Below, piece by piece: positions 21,901-33,900 of a DNA stretch of 64,000 nt. Numbering within the stretch: position 1 is the stretch's first letter; every line of letters starts with the position of its first letter. The notes below the pieces were generated by a model that was not told the DNA's origin, ran no database searches, and saw only the letters and a program-made list of their open reading frames with translations. Location: contig CM052842.1 of the NCBI GenBank assembly GCA_028534125.1, forward strand, positions 992,001 through 1,056,000. The letters are read 5' to 3'. This DNA is from Lama glama. Its lineage: Eukaryota. Made by a program: the position numbers and the translations under genes.

Positions 21901-24900
21901 CTTGTTGGACTTGGGAGCCCTCGTTTCTCCCCAGGGCCCTGGCCTTCTGGAGTTTCAGCCTGGTCAGGGGTGAATACCCCTTCCAGGCCACCTCCTCTGC
22001 CCTCCTGGTGTGCCTGGGCCAGACCCCCGAATGAAGGGGCATAGTGATGACGGAGGGCTGCCGTCCCACGAGGGCAGAGACCACACAGCAGCAGACCCAG
22101 TGCGGGGCTGGGTGTTGGCTGGCACCTGATTCCCCCAGGCAGAGGCCTCTGGCCACTGCACCCCGGCACGTCAGCCCCAGCCGTAGTGTAGGTATGGAGG
22201 CCTTGCGTGAGGTCTTGGCCTGCCTCTCCTGCTGGGCCAGCTTCACTTCCTGTCCCCTGGCAGGTGGGGGCCGGGCTGAGCATGCACCTGCAGAGGGGCA
22301 CTGTGGCTGGCTCCACGTTTACCTGGACGGGGTTCCCGGCAGGCCGCCCCCACCTCTGTGCTTGGTCCCACCTGGACCACAGAGAGTTCAGGGCCCCCGT
22401 GGGCAGGCAGCACTGAGGCTGAGCCCCTGGGAACCCGGCAGGGAATGGGATCATCTCGAGATGAGCTGAGGTGCTTCCTGTGGTGCTGCCCCTGAGAGCC
22501 CCGGAACCCTGGGTGGGAAGGCCCTGCCCAGCCCAGGTGCCGGTGAGGACCCTGTCAGCCTTCTGAGCCGATAGCGCAGGTGCTGCTGCTGCCTCTTCTT
22601 GTGCGCCGCGAGGGACCCACCCTTCCCAGGAGGAGCGGAGGGGGCTCGCCTGACCTGAGCAGGGGTGGGGGTCTTGCTGTGCTCCCTGCCGCTTCCCCAG
22701 CACACAGTGGGCTCACCGAATGTCTGTTGAATGACTGAGCGAGCTCTGTGCAAGGGGCATACGGGTGTGGGTGCCGCTCAGGCGTCCTTTCCTCAGCCCC
22801 CTGGCCTCCGGGGTGGCTTTTGTTGAGCATGGAGGTCCACTCCCTCTCTGGCCTCTCCCGTGGTTTGCAGTCGCTTTTAAACACTGCATTTTCACTGTTC
22901 TCTTTCTAAGCTTTCTCACGTCCATGTTCACTTGACCTTGTGTGAGTAATAAGTAGACCTCAGACTGCAATAGCAGAAGAGGCAGTGAGACAGCAGGCCT
23001 GGCTTGGTGTCGGGCTGCAGACGACTGATAGCCCAGCACCGCGAGCTGCCGGCCAGGGTCTGGCAAGGGCCGGGAGGCCCGATCAGAGGGCCGCGTGAGG
23101 ACAGGAGTGGCCAGTCAGCTGCTGAAGAACTGAGGGGCCCCAAGGGTCACTGAGGTCAGGGCTGGGCTCCAAGAACAGGAAGGCCCAGTCCTGCCCCATG
23201 ACCCAGGGCCGAGGGGAGGAGGGGACCAGGGTTAGCCCCCCAGCTGTAAGCCCTCCATTTCTGGGAGGCTGGATCCGAGCCCTGGGACCTGCCACTTGGC
23301 AGCATCCTGTCTCTAACAGGCACCGGCCCCACCCCGCACACATGTGTGCATCCCTTCACCTGCTAGGTCCCGGGGTGCGTGCATCAGTACATCCATGGAC
23401 ACCTCGCCTGCTGTCCTGGACACAGGCACCCCTTGTACCTGCTGGAGTCCTGGCTCCCTGCGGGTTGGGTGCCGACAGGGCATGGCCCAGGCTGGCAGAG
23501 GATACCTGGTCTGCTGGGGGGGTGGTGAGCACCAGCTTTGCCCTGGGCAAGCCTGTGTCAGGAGGACATTGCTCATCAGCGTGTACTGGGCCTGGTCCTG
23601 TCTCTGGGGTGTCCTGGGAGGGCGAGCTGTCTGCCTGTGCTGTCTTCCCTGCCTTCACCTGGGAGTGCGTGGCTGGGGGTGCGGCTGCCTCTTACACATG
23701 TGGGCTCTGCTCAGGCTGTTTGCCCCCTACCGGGATCCCCCTCACTGCACATGTGCTAGCCTGTTGGCCTTCTGGGGTGCGCCTTCCAACCACCAAGGTG
23801 CGCTGGGGCTCCCTGCCCCAGCCCTGGCCCAGGGCCTGCGGGTGGGGCTGGGAGGTGTGCACTTTCCCCTCTTCCACCCTTCAGAGCGATGGGTGAAAGG
23901 GGAGGGAAGGCCTGCCCCTCATAACGTACAGCGCCTGTCAGGGAGCAGACTACTCCCGTCTCGTGCAGACGGGCCAGCGTCGGCGTGCGATCGATGGCTC
24001 GCGCACAGTAATTACAGGAACTAGCGGCTTGTGTTGCTTGAGTGAGTTTGAGCAGAGTAGGGTCTCAATCTTTCCTCTAATAGGGCCTGACAGCCCTGGT
24101 GCCGCGTGCGTCTCGGGCTGACAGTGTTGTCATCAAACACCAGGTAGTGTGAGACAACAGAGAATGCGGCCAGGGGGACAGGCAGCTGACAGCAACTGTT
24201 TGTCATCACCCAGCTGCCCACGCTCCTCTTGTGGCAGTACCGACAGCAGCTTGGTGACGTATGGCCCTGTTGGGCTGCCACAGGCTGCCACGGTGACTGG
24301 GTGGTCAGTAAATGTTTGTCAGAGGCTGGTCCCCGGGTCCAGATGATAGTGCTACTGGAAACCCCCACCGGTGCCCATCCTGTCTTCCTGTTGTGGGCGC
24401 GAGGCCCTGGGCCAGGCAGACCACTCCCTCTTGCCCGTCCTGCCAAGGAGGTGCTGAGTGGCCCATGCAGGGCCGTGGATTGGCCTGGGCTGTGATGCCC
24501 GTCAGATCCCCCCACTAGGGCCTGGGGTCTTCCCCCCACCCCTGGACCCCGGTTCTGTTACAAAGGTGTGCATGCCGTGTATGTGTGTGCATGTGCGTGT
24601 GTGTGCGCACGGGTGCACGTGTCCACTCATCCTTCCGCAGTGCTGGCCCCTGCAGATCCTGGCCAGGAACACATAGGCATGCCCCTGCGGCCATGTGCCT
24701 GAGGGATGCTGGTGGGGCCTTTCCACAGTCTGGCTGGTGAGTGGAGGGGAGACCGAGCTGCCCGAGCCATTCCTGAGGGGCCCATGGGTGTGCTGGCCTC
24801 CAGTGGCCACAGGGTGCAGAGCTGGTGTGTTCTGGGTGCCTGGGAGTGGCCTCTGGCTGTCCCGTCACCGCTGCCGTGGCCGCCTCCAGAGATGAGGGCC

Positions 24901-27900
24901 GGCTATCTGATTGCAGCAGGGCTTTTCCAGTGTCTGAAGTGCTGGGAGCCATCAGACACAGGAAAAGTGGAGTGATTTATTAGACTCATAAAAATTCATA
25001 CTTTGCGATCCCAGTCATCCACGTCTGAAGCTTGTTAGAGCGCTGTTTCTGGCAGCTCCCGCAGGGCGAGCGCAGGGCGGGGCGAGCGCGCTTCCTGCCT
25101 GGGCTGCCATCCCCGCGCCTGCAGGCACTTGAACCTTCCATGGGGCGGGTGCGGGGGCACTGAATGCAGTGGGCCCAGGGCTGGCACCAGGTGACCAGTG
25201 CCCCTGTGTGAGAGTGCTAGTTAGAGGCCTGCAGGTGCGGGGTGGGTCTGGCGCAGGGCAGCTGGCAGGTATGTTTCCAGCGTCTTTGTGGGGTGGAGTG
25301 GCGTGTGCCCCTGTCTTCCAGGCTGGTGTTGGTGAGAGTTGAGCCTGTTTTCCATCCTTCTTGAGAGACCCCGGGCAAAGGCCCCTTGGCCCAGCACCCA
25401 CTCTGGCCCAGCCTGGGCTCCATCCTGCTGGGCACCAGGGGCAGTCACTTTCCTTCTCTGGGCCTCAGTCTTCCCGTCTGCTGTGCGGCAGCCATTGTGG
25501 GTTCTGTGTGGAGGGGACGAGAGGACAGAGGCTCCCTGCTTCTCCTGATGGTGAAGTGTGACCCAGAGTGACCAGAGCAACCCTCCCGGGCCCTCCCCCT
25601 AAACAGCAGAGGGGCCTGGAGGTCTGGGCAGGGTGAGGGCCCAGCCTCTCTCAGCACCTGCTTCTGCTGCTCCCCTTCCCTTAGAGGCGGGGGATCCCAG
25701 CAGCCCATCTTGCCGCGCGTCTTGGCCGCGGGCCACCTGCAGGCTTTGGCGTCTGGCCTGCCACGGAAGTGATGCTCATTAGTGCTCGTTCCCGCAGCTC
25801 CTCCCCGGCGGGGGCGCCCCGCTGACGGCTGAAGGCAGGGACGAGAGCCCAGAGGCAGTGGTGGGAGGGTGGCAGCCACTCTTCTTCACATCTGTGAAAG
25901 AGGAGCAGCAGCCGGACGGCCCCGACCTGACCCTCACGTTTCCTCAGGGAGCCCAGGGGTGTTTGCTAAGCTATGAAGTCTAGGGCAGGAGAGGCCAGGG
26001 AGGTTCCCTGAGCTCCTCAGAGTCTGCACAAGGGGTGTGTGTCTGCGGAATGGTGTGGGCCTCCCCTCTCGGGAACAGGCAACGTATGGCTGCAGGTACT
26101 GTGGCTGAGCCTGGCCGTGGACAGGCCTCGGCAGATGTGTTGTGGAGGAGGTCAAGGTGCTGACTAGAAGGGCAGATAAGGAAGCCGCCCTGCTTCTGGC
26201 CTCACTGGAGAGGGGTCTGCGGCCTGAGGTTGGGGGAACCTGGCTGGTACTCAGGCAGTGGGACTGGTCCCTTGCTGGGGGCTCTGGGTCTCTGGGAGAC
26301 CCAGACACCACCTGGTAGCACTTGAGAGCACGCCACACAGGTGTGAGACGTGGATGTGGAACGAGACATCCCACTTACTGGAATAAATGTACGTGAACTA
26401 CATGCTTTAATTAAATGGAGGTTATCAGACTGGAGAGAGAAACTGAGCCTGCCTGTGTGCTGCTTTTAAATACCAAGACCCAGAAAGTAGCAGGCTGGAC
26501 ACCAGGCCAGCATTGTCCACCGTGGAGCTGGCATCGCCACTCTGAGGAGAGAAGATGCAGATTCTAAGGCCATTCGGAAAAGGGAAATCCTGGTAGTTGG
26601 GAGAGGCTCAGGCCACTAGGAAGAGGTGACAGACTGGAAGCTGGTGCTCTGCTGACGGCCTAGCCGGGTCCAGAACTCTGCCCAGCATTGACCCCTGCCC
26701 CAGCCCTTCGGTGAGAAGGTGGGGGCCAGCATGGGGCCAGTGTGGGGACTGCCCTCCCCCGCCCACCACCGTGAGGCCTCGTTAGCAATCATCTTGCTGA
26801 AGAACTGGCCACAGACCCAGGGCAGGTGAGGCCAGGCTGAGCGCCTGTTTCTTCCGGAAAATTGGCTGCCCAGAGGGCCGAAGTGGCCAGAATCCCGAGG
26901 GACTTTGAGCTGAGTGCAGACTCCTTCCTCTCCTGCCTGGAGCCCAGCCTGCCCTGAGGGCATCCACACCAACCCTGGCTCCAGCCAGCGTGTCCCCGGC
27001 TGAGTGGGCCCATGCCTGCCGGGCCTGCCTGTGCCCCCGACACACTGCCTGGGGGTCAGGTTGAGCTCCCTGGTCTGTGGGGAGAGCCTGGTGGGCTTCC
27101 TGGGGTTAAGCAACCATCTGCCCAGGGCCCTTTTCCAAATCTTTGCCGCCTACCCTGAGCCAAGGGAGACAGGTGGGGTAGCCTCTGGCCCCTACCTCAC
27201 CAGTGTCAGTGGACACTGGGTCGTGGGTGCCTTCCCCTCAGGTCCCCAGGCTGGAGCCCATTCTAGCTGCTGATTTCCCAGCGCCCCAGGGTCGGGCAGC
27301 TTCTGGAGTTTGCAGCCCTGCATCTAGACTTGTCCAGCCTGGCTCAGCACAGAACTGAAGGACCTGTGGTCATGTGGTGAGGGGCTGGCCACATTGGGTG
27401 TGTGTGCACATGCACACCTGTGCTGATATGTGCACATGCCTGTGTCTGTGTGCACATGTCTCGGCAGGGCGGGCCCAGCTACAGTCGGGGCAGGGCCCTG
27501 GGGGTCAGCAGGGAGAGTACTGGGCAGGCTGCAGACTCCAGGCCAGCTCTCCCTTGGCAGCTGCTGCAGAGACAGGAGAAACAGGCCTGAGGAGGCCTCC
27601 TGGGGACCCCTATCTGCAGCACCCGTGCCTCAGAGCCCACACTTCCCTCAGCTTCCTCCTGGCTGCTCCCTGCAAGTGGCGTGCCCCCTCGAAGCCTCTC
27701 GTGGTGTCCCCTGGGGTCTGCTCTCCCCTGCTCAGAACCCCAGGGCACTTTTCACCCCTCAGTGCAGTCATGGCTTTACTGTCTCCAGGACTGTGAGTGT
27801 CACCGAGGTGACCGCTCAGACGGGGCTGGCCCTCAGAAATGTCCTGGTGGATGGGCGGTGTCCAGAGAAGCCAGCTGTGGTCTGGACGACCCCCCCTGCC

Positions 27901-30900
27901 CCAGGAGCTCTGCTTGCGCCACCCTCCTCGCGAGACAACGTCCTGCTGACGCGGCTTTTGCTGCAGCTCCAGCAGTGGGCACTGCCGTCCCGCCAGCCCC
28001 AGGCTGCACGTGGCTCCGACGTGCAACAGGGCTGTCAGTGCTGCTGCGTGCTCTCAGAAGCATGTGTCTCCTGTTCTGTGGCTGGTTTTCCAAGAAGGCG
28101 GCTTGGCCACTGTTGCGGAGGGGCTGCCTGACCCCCGCTCTACTGGGCCCTGCATGTCTGGCTCCCGCACGCGGCCCCCTGTCCTGTGTGAGGCCCACCT
28201 GCTGCTGCCAAGGGGGCTGGGAGCCTTCTGGGCTAACCTGAACCTCGCCTGCTCCTGCCCACTGTGGGCCTGGCTTTCCAGGTGTGCGGGTGGGAAGGCG
28301 AGGCTCTGGAAGGGCCTGTGACGCATCCTGAGCTGGGTACCTGGAGCCTGTCTGGGCTCAGCCTCTCCTGCTGGCTCTCTGGGGACCCTTCCCCATTCAG
28401 GCTCTGGGCTTCTCATTTCCTGCCTGCTGTCCAGAACCCCTCGTCCCTGTTCCTGTGGTGGTGCAGAGTCTGGGAGCAAGCTGTGAGCCTTCCACCAGCC
28501 TCGAGGCAGCACAGAGGGGGACCCCAACTCCATACCAGCCCCCAGCAGCCCCCCATTCCACTTCCCCACTCCTGCCAGGAGAAGGTAGGGCACCACCAGC
28601 TCCTTGCTGTTTCCAGGCCTGTGGCCACGCTGTCCCCTCTGCCTGGGCCCCACCCAGGCCAGCTGGAGGTGCTTCTCGTGGATCCAGCCTGTGGCACACA
28701 GCCCCTGCACCACTGAGCACCTTGCATCTGATGCCGGCTCTGACCAGGCAGTTAGTCTGAGAGGCCTGCTTTCGTGGGAGCCGGGGGGCAGTCAAGGTGG
28801 ATGCCCTAGCAAGAGGCCTTGAGGGGGACGCCCTTGGAAACTGGTCTTTCGACCATAGAAACCAGAAGAGCAAGTTCAAATGTGTCAAAGTTGCTTTAGT
28901 TGGCAGTGCCCATAGGCTCAGGTCAAGTGGAGGTCCCCCCCGTGTGCTGTGCCCACCCGGCGTGGCGGCCATGGGGGGCCTGAGGGAGGCTGGCACAGTG
29001 GCAGGAGGTGGGGCGCTGACGGCTGACAGACCTGGATTCCAGGACAAGAGGGTGGCTTGAGGGCCAAAGAGCAGAAATCAGTGTGGCTTCTGAAAAGGCT
29101 GAGCAGCTTTTACCAGTGAAGTCAGAGGCGCTGACAGAGTGTCGAGGCAGCTGTTGTTGAAAAGCAGACTCGGCGACACTTGGGGGAAGTCAAATCACAC
29201 GGAATTGGGCCCAGGAAAGCCTGGGCTGGCACAGGGCCCTCTGCCCCGCAGCCCTGCCAGCCTGGTTCCTGCCCCCGCCACGGTGGCCCTGAGAGGCCAG
29301 GCACCCATGCCGCCCCTGCCCACGCCCCTCACCCATGGGCCTGGGGATCTGGTCTGGTACCCACCCCTCCTTGAAGAACGGGGCTTGGTTTCTAGGGTGC
29401 CCCACAGGCAGTCGGGATTCTCTGTCCACAGGCTCTGCCCAGCCCAGGCGCCTTGTGTGGCTGATTCTGGCGAGTTCTGTGCTCAGGCACTGGTCACTGG
29501 CCTCTGCTCAGCTGTCCTGCCCTCCAGCTGGGAAGGTCTGAGAGTGGCTGTACTCTCGGGCTATGCCTTCCCAGCAGTGCCCCAGCCGTCTCCTAGCCCA
29601 CTGGCCCTCAGATGCTGGGGGAGGGGCCCCTGGACGGGGTGGAAGCCCAGCTGTGGGCAGCTCTGCCATCTGGCACTTGGTCTGCCCATTTCTGGAGGCC
29701 CCAATGCCCCGCCTGTGGCCTGCTGGTGGGCGAGGCCCAGAGGCTGGTGGACAAGAAGCCGTGGGGCCTGGAGCACAGCCAGGCCAAATCCAGGGTGGCG
29801 GACCTTCTGGTCCCTGCTCCTTGGTGGTAGGGCAAGGTCCACTTCATGGTCCCCGCCCCGCCCCTCCTGATGGAGCCCATCCTGTTTCTGTGGATGCCGG
29901 GAGCCAGGAGGGAAGCCAGACAGCCCTGCTGGCTGTTCACTGCCCGGGCTCTTGGAACTTGTGCCGCAGCCTCCCCTCTCCTGGTGGCGGCCTCAGGCTC
30001 AGAGTCCTGGTTATCTTCTTTTCACTCGGTAAGCAGTTGTGAAATCAGCAGCTCGATTTCTTCCTAGTTATCTCCTTTTGAAGTTCCATAAAAATCTGAA
30101 CTCTCTCTCAACTCCCACTCTGCAGTAAAATAGAGTGAGAGCCATGACCTCCGCCTGATGAGCTCTGCCATCTGTGGTGGCTCTTCTGGGGGGCAGGGGT
30201 CAGCCGGAGGGAGCGTTCGCTGCAGACAGTGCCCAACAACAGATGGGCGGAGCCCTGCGCTTCTTGCTGCATGGCCTGGCCTGAGAGAGCTGGCACTCCC
30301 CTGCCTCTGCAGCCGGAGGTGGTGTGAGCTGGAGTAGGAGCCACACTAACCAGGCTCCGCCGCCTGCTGCCCTGGGCCTGGTGGCCTGCCTCTCGGAGAG
30401 GGTGTCTGTGCGTGGTGCACCCGTGCTGGGCCCCGGGAAAGCGCCCCCCACCCCGCGAGTCAGCCTGGGAAGTGGAGAGGCAGGCCGCCCCAGGCCCCGC
30501 GCCGGGCAGGAGCGAGGGCCCCGCTGATGGATGGGCTCATATCCCATTCAAATATGATGCCAGCAGTTTTTGTGCAGTTTGTCTTCTACTGCGGTAGTAA
30601 AGTTTTTAATTAGGGAAGCTAATGAGATCGATTAGTCATTAGAAGTGACCTCTGCATGGTGGGGTGGAAAGGGCTGTGTGTGTGGGCCTGATAACGCGGC
30701 GCCTGGCCATCGCTGGCAATAAAGGCGCGAAGGGTTTGATTTGAGTGAAATGTGCCACAGGGAATACATCATGCAGAGAAAAAAATTACAGCCCTGGGAG
30801 TCTGTAATGAAGGGAATTAAACCAACTTCCTATTTAAATAACATGATTATCTACACAAGCTCTCAGCCAGCCAGGAGGACAGGGAGAGAGGGCTGCTTGG

Positions 30901-33900
30901 CGGGGCCGCGCTGGGGCAGCGCTCCGGCACCACGGGGCCGGGTGAGGCCTGGGCGCCCGCGCGCACAAGGATGCCAGGCGGCAGGGCCTCTCAATCAGCC
31001 CACGCCTGCTGCTCTGCCTTCGCACTGGAGTCAGGGCTGCGGGAGCGGCTTCCACCCCAACTTTCTGGTCCCTGTGTGCCATGAGTGGTCTTAGGAGCCT
31101 TCACTCCCCCAGGCTGTCAGGGGCAATCCTGCTCCTCCGCCCGCCCTGCTGAGCTCTCTGTGACCTCGGCACGGGCACCCTGGCCAGTTCTCTCCAGGGC
31201 CGTTGTCACTCGTGCTGCCACCACCTGTGTCTTAGTTGCCCATCTGGGAAACGGCCCCACTGTGGGGCCGGGCCATGGGCTAGTATGCCCTCCCCTCTAC
31301 CTCTCGGGACCACGGGGCCTGGGTCTAGCAGGTGGTGATGTCTGGGAAGTAACAGTCAGCCTTTAGGGAGGGGTCTGCTTTGTTACTCTGCATTTTCTTA
31401 GAAGTGGTATCTGGGCACTAATAAGTAAAATGTAGTGAGTTAATGAAGTTGACTTCACAGTGGGCCTGCACTGCAAAGGAATTTGTTATAGATACTGATG
31501 CCCGTCAACAGGCAGGAATGAGGGCCAGGCCCAGAGGCGCTGTGTGCTAGGAGGAACTTTCTAGAATGCAGAGTCCAGTCCCTTGGGCATTGGGGGCTGG
31601 GGGCTTCCTGGAGGAGGTGACATCTGGCAGAACAGGGGTGGGGGTGGATGGGGGAAGGTGATATTGTGTGTCTGGGTGATGGGGGAGCAAAGCTGGCCAG
31701 GCCAGGGGGTCCCAGTGCTGGGGATGAACGCAGCCAGGTTTGTGGGGAGGGGCCTCTGCCTAACTATGCCCCCAAGCTGCAGAGCAGGGTTGTGGGGGCT
31801 AGGGTGCATGTCACAGCCCGGACTGGCAGATAGTAGTGGCCAAGGGAGGTCGAAACGGGGCTGTGGATGGTGACCCGGGTGGAGGGGACAGGCAGGTGGG
31901 CTGTCCAGGTGCAGAGGCCGTGGGAGAGGGAGCCTGGGGTGGGTCTGGAGGCCGTGAGGTCAGTGTGGGGCTTGGCAGTAGCTTAGAGGCATTCTCGTGT
32001 TCCTGAGCTCTTAGTTTGAACAAGATGTTATTGATTATCATTGGTCTCTCCTTGCTTGTAAGACCTTGAAAATTCAATTCAACAAACATTTATTTATTGA
32101 CGCCCCCTGTATGCTGGGCTCTCCTACATCCCAAATGTGCGGTACAGCCAGGGCTAGAGCTTCGCTGACTTTGGTCATTCAGCAAGATCGCATCCCAGGT
32201 GGTACCCTGTGCTTTCACTGAGCTTCCCTCCTTCTCCCCGACTCCCCCGAGCTGCTGCCTTTGAAGGGATGGGGAGAGAGACAGAGAGACAGAGATAGTG
32301 GAGGGAGACTTGTGCTGTTGCTGGGCTGTGCTGGCCTGGCACTGCCTGGACATCCGTGTCCCCTCTTCCTGGGCAGCTGGTGGGTCCCTGCCTTCAGTCC
32401 CGGGAGCAGAGGTGTCCCCTGCTGCCAGCATTGCACGTCCACCCCGACCCCAGCTGGGTGACGGAGCCTACAGATCCTCCTCCTCTAGTTGGAGGGCCCT
32501 GAGCCTGCGCTATGTCCTGGTCTTCCCGTGTGGGTGGCCGAGGGCACAGGGGGCTCCTGCAGGCTGGGAGAGCCTGGAGAGGCCGCAGGAGGCATCTGGG
32601 CCAAGGTGCTGACTGTTGCCTGGGGCAGGGCCTGGCTAGGGCCGGTGTTGTGCTGTGTTTAAGGCTCTGGAAGATGATCTGGCGTGGTTCATGGAGCAGT
32701 AACTGCTCTTTGTAGGGTTTGCAGATTCTGGGAGGACTCATCCTTGGGGCTCAGGGGAGCAGAGTCATGGAGCAGTGTTTTGTGCCGATGGAGAGGTGGG
32801 TGGCTGACCACAGCCAGGGCTGGCACTGAGCAGGTGGGCGTGAGGGGCCTGTGGGCCTGGCATTACTGTGCCCCTGCCGCTCCCTCTCCTGGGCCATCCC
32901 AGACTCCAGGCAGCCTCAGCTGAGGGTGAGCCAGTTCTTGCCCAGGGGTCATATGTAGGCCCATCCTGTGCCAAAGGTCAGGTGGTGAGACCACTTGTGT
33001 GTTTTCCTGGCCTTCTTGCCTGGCAGACATGCCCCCTTGTCTAACTCTAACACCCTCCGCACCCTGTCTGTGCTGCCTGCCTGCGGGCATCTAGGTGGGT
33101 GGGAACCCCAAGGAGCCACTTACTATACCAGTGACCTCCCTTCCAAGCAGAGCTCTGGGCTCTGTGCAGGCAGGTTGAAGGGGGCCACAAGGAGGCGCCT
33201 TTGGGAGCCTGGGTCCAGGCAGCCTGGCTGGAGGGGCAGGGCCGCTGGGTCAGTCAGGAGAGGCCGCGGTGGTGCCTGTATTCCTGTGCTGCGTTAGCTT
33301 TAATTATCTGGGCAGTTAGAGCTGTATATTATGAAAGTCAGGCAATTAGATGTGTTCCTCGAAGCTATGGAGAAATTGCTGGCTATCAAGTGAAGGGAAC
33401 TCGGGCAAAACAGATCCCTGTTAATTGCATGAAACGTTCAGCAAGAAGAGAAGCCGTGGTGTGTATCACTCAGCAAAATGTTGTGAAAACAGAGATGATT
33501 AAGTACGTAAATCTGTGTGGGCACGTGGTGGGGGTGCCAGAGAGGAAGGTGAGCGTGTCACACCCCCAGCCTCCTGGAGTCACAGGCAGGCCCCTCTTCG
33601 CTGCCCATGGGGAGGTCTGGAGGCATTGGTGCTGGTCATGGAGGGGACTGGCCTGCGATGCTGCCATAGTCAACCCCCGCCCCCTCCAGAAGCATTGCTT
33701 CTGCTCCCCTGCTTCCCCGCCGGCACCTCTCAGCATCCCTAGGGCCTGGCCACCCAACTCTTCGGGAATGGGCGAGGGCACGGGGCTGGGGGGTTGGATC
33801 AAGAGATGATGGGAGTCCCCACCAGCCTTTGCTGACCACTGTGTCTTGGGTTTCCCTGCAGCCTCCAGCCTGCACGGCCTGCGGCCCCCTCCCAGCAGCA

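Noticed and set aside
22036-22135. Possible C/D box snoRNA (GTGATGA at 22044, CTGA near 22126)
   Set aside because: Terminal stem is imperfect, no clear C'/D' boxes or rRNA/snRNA guide; both boxes are common by chance. A snoscan or Rfam search would settle it.
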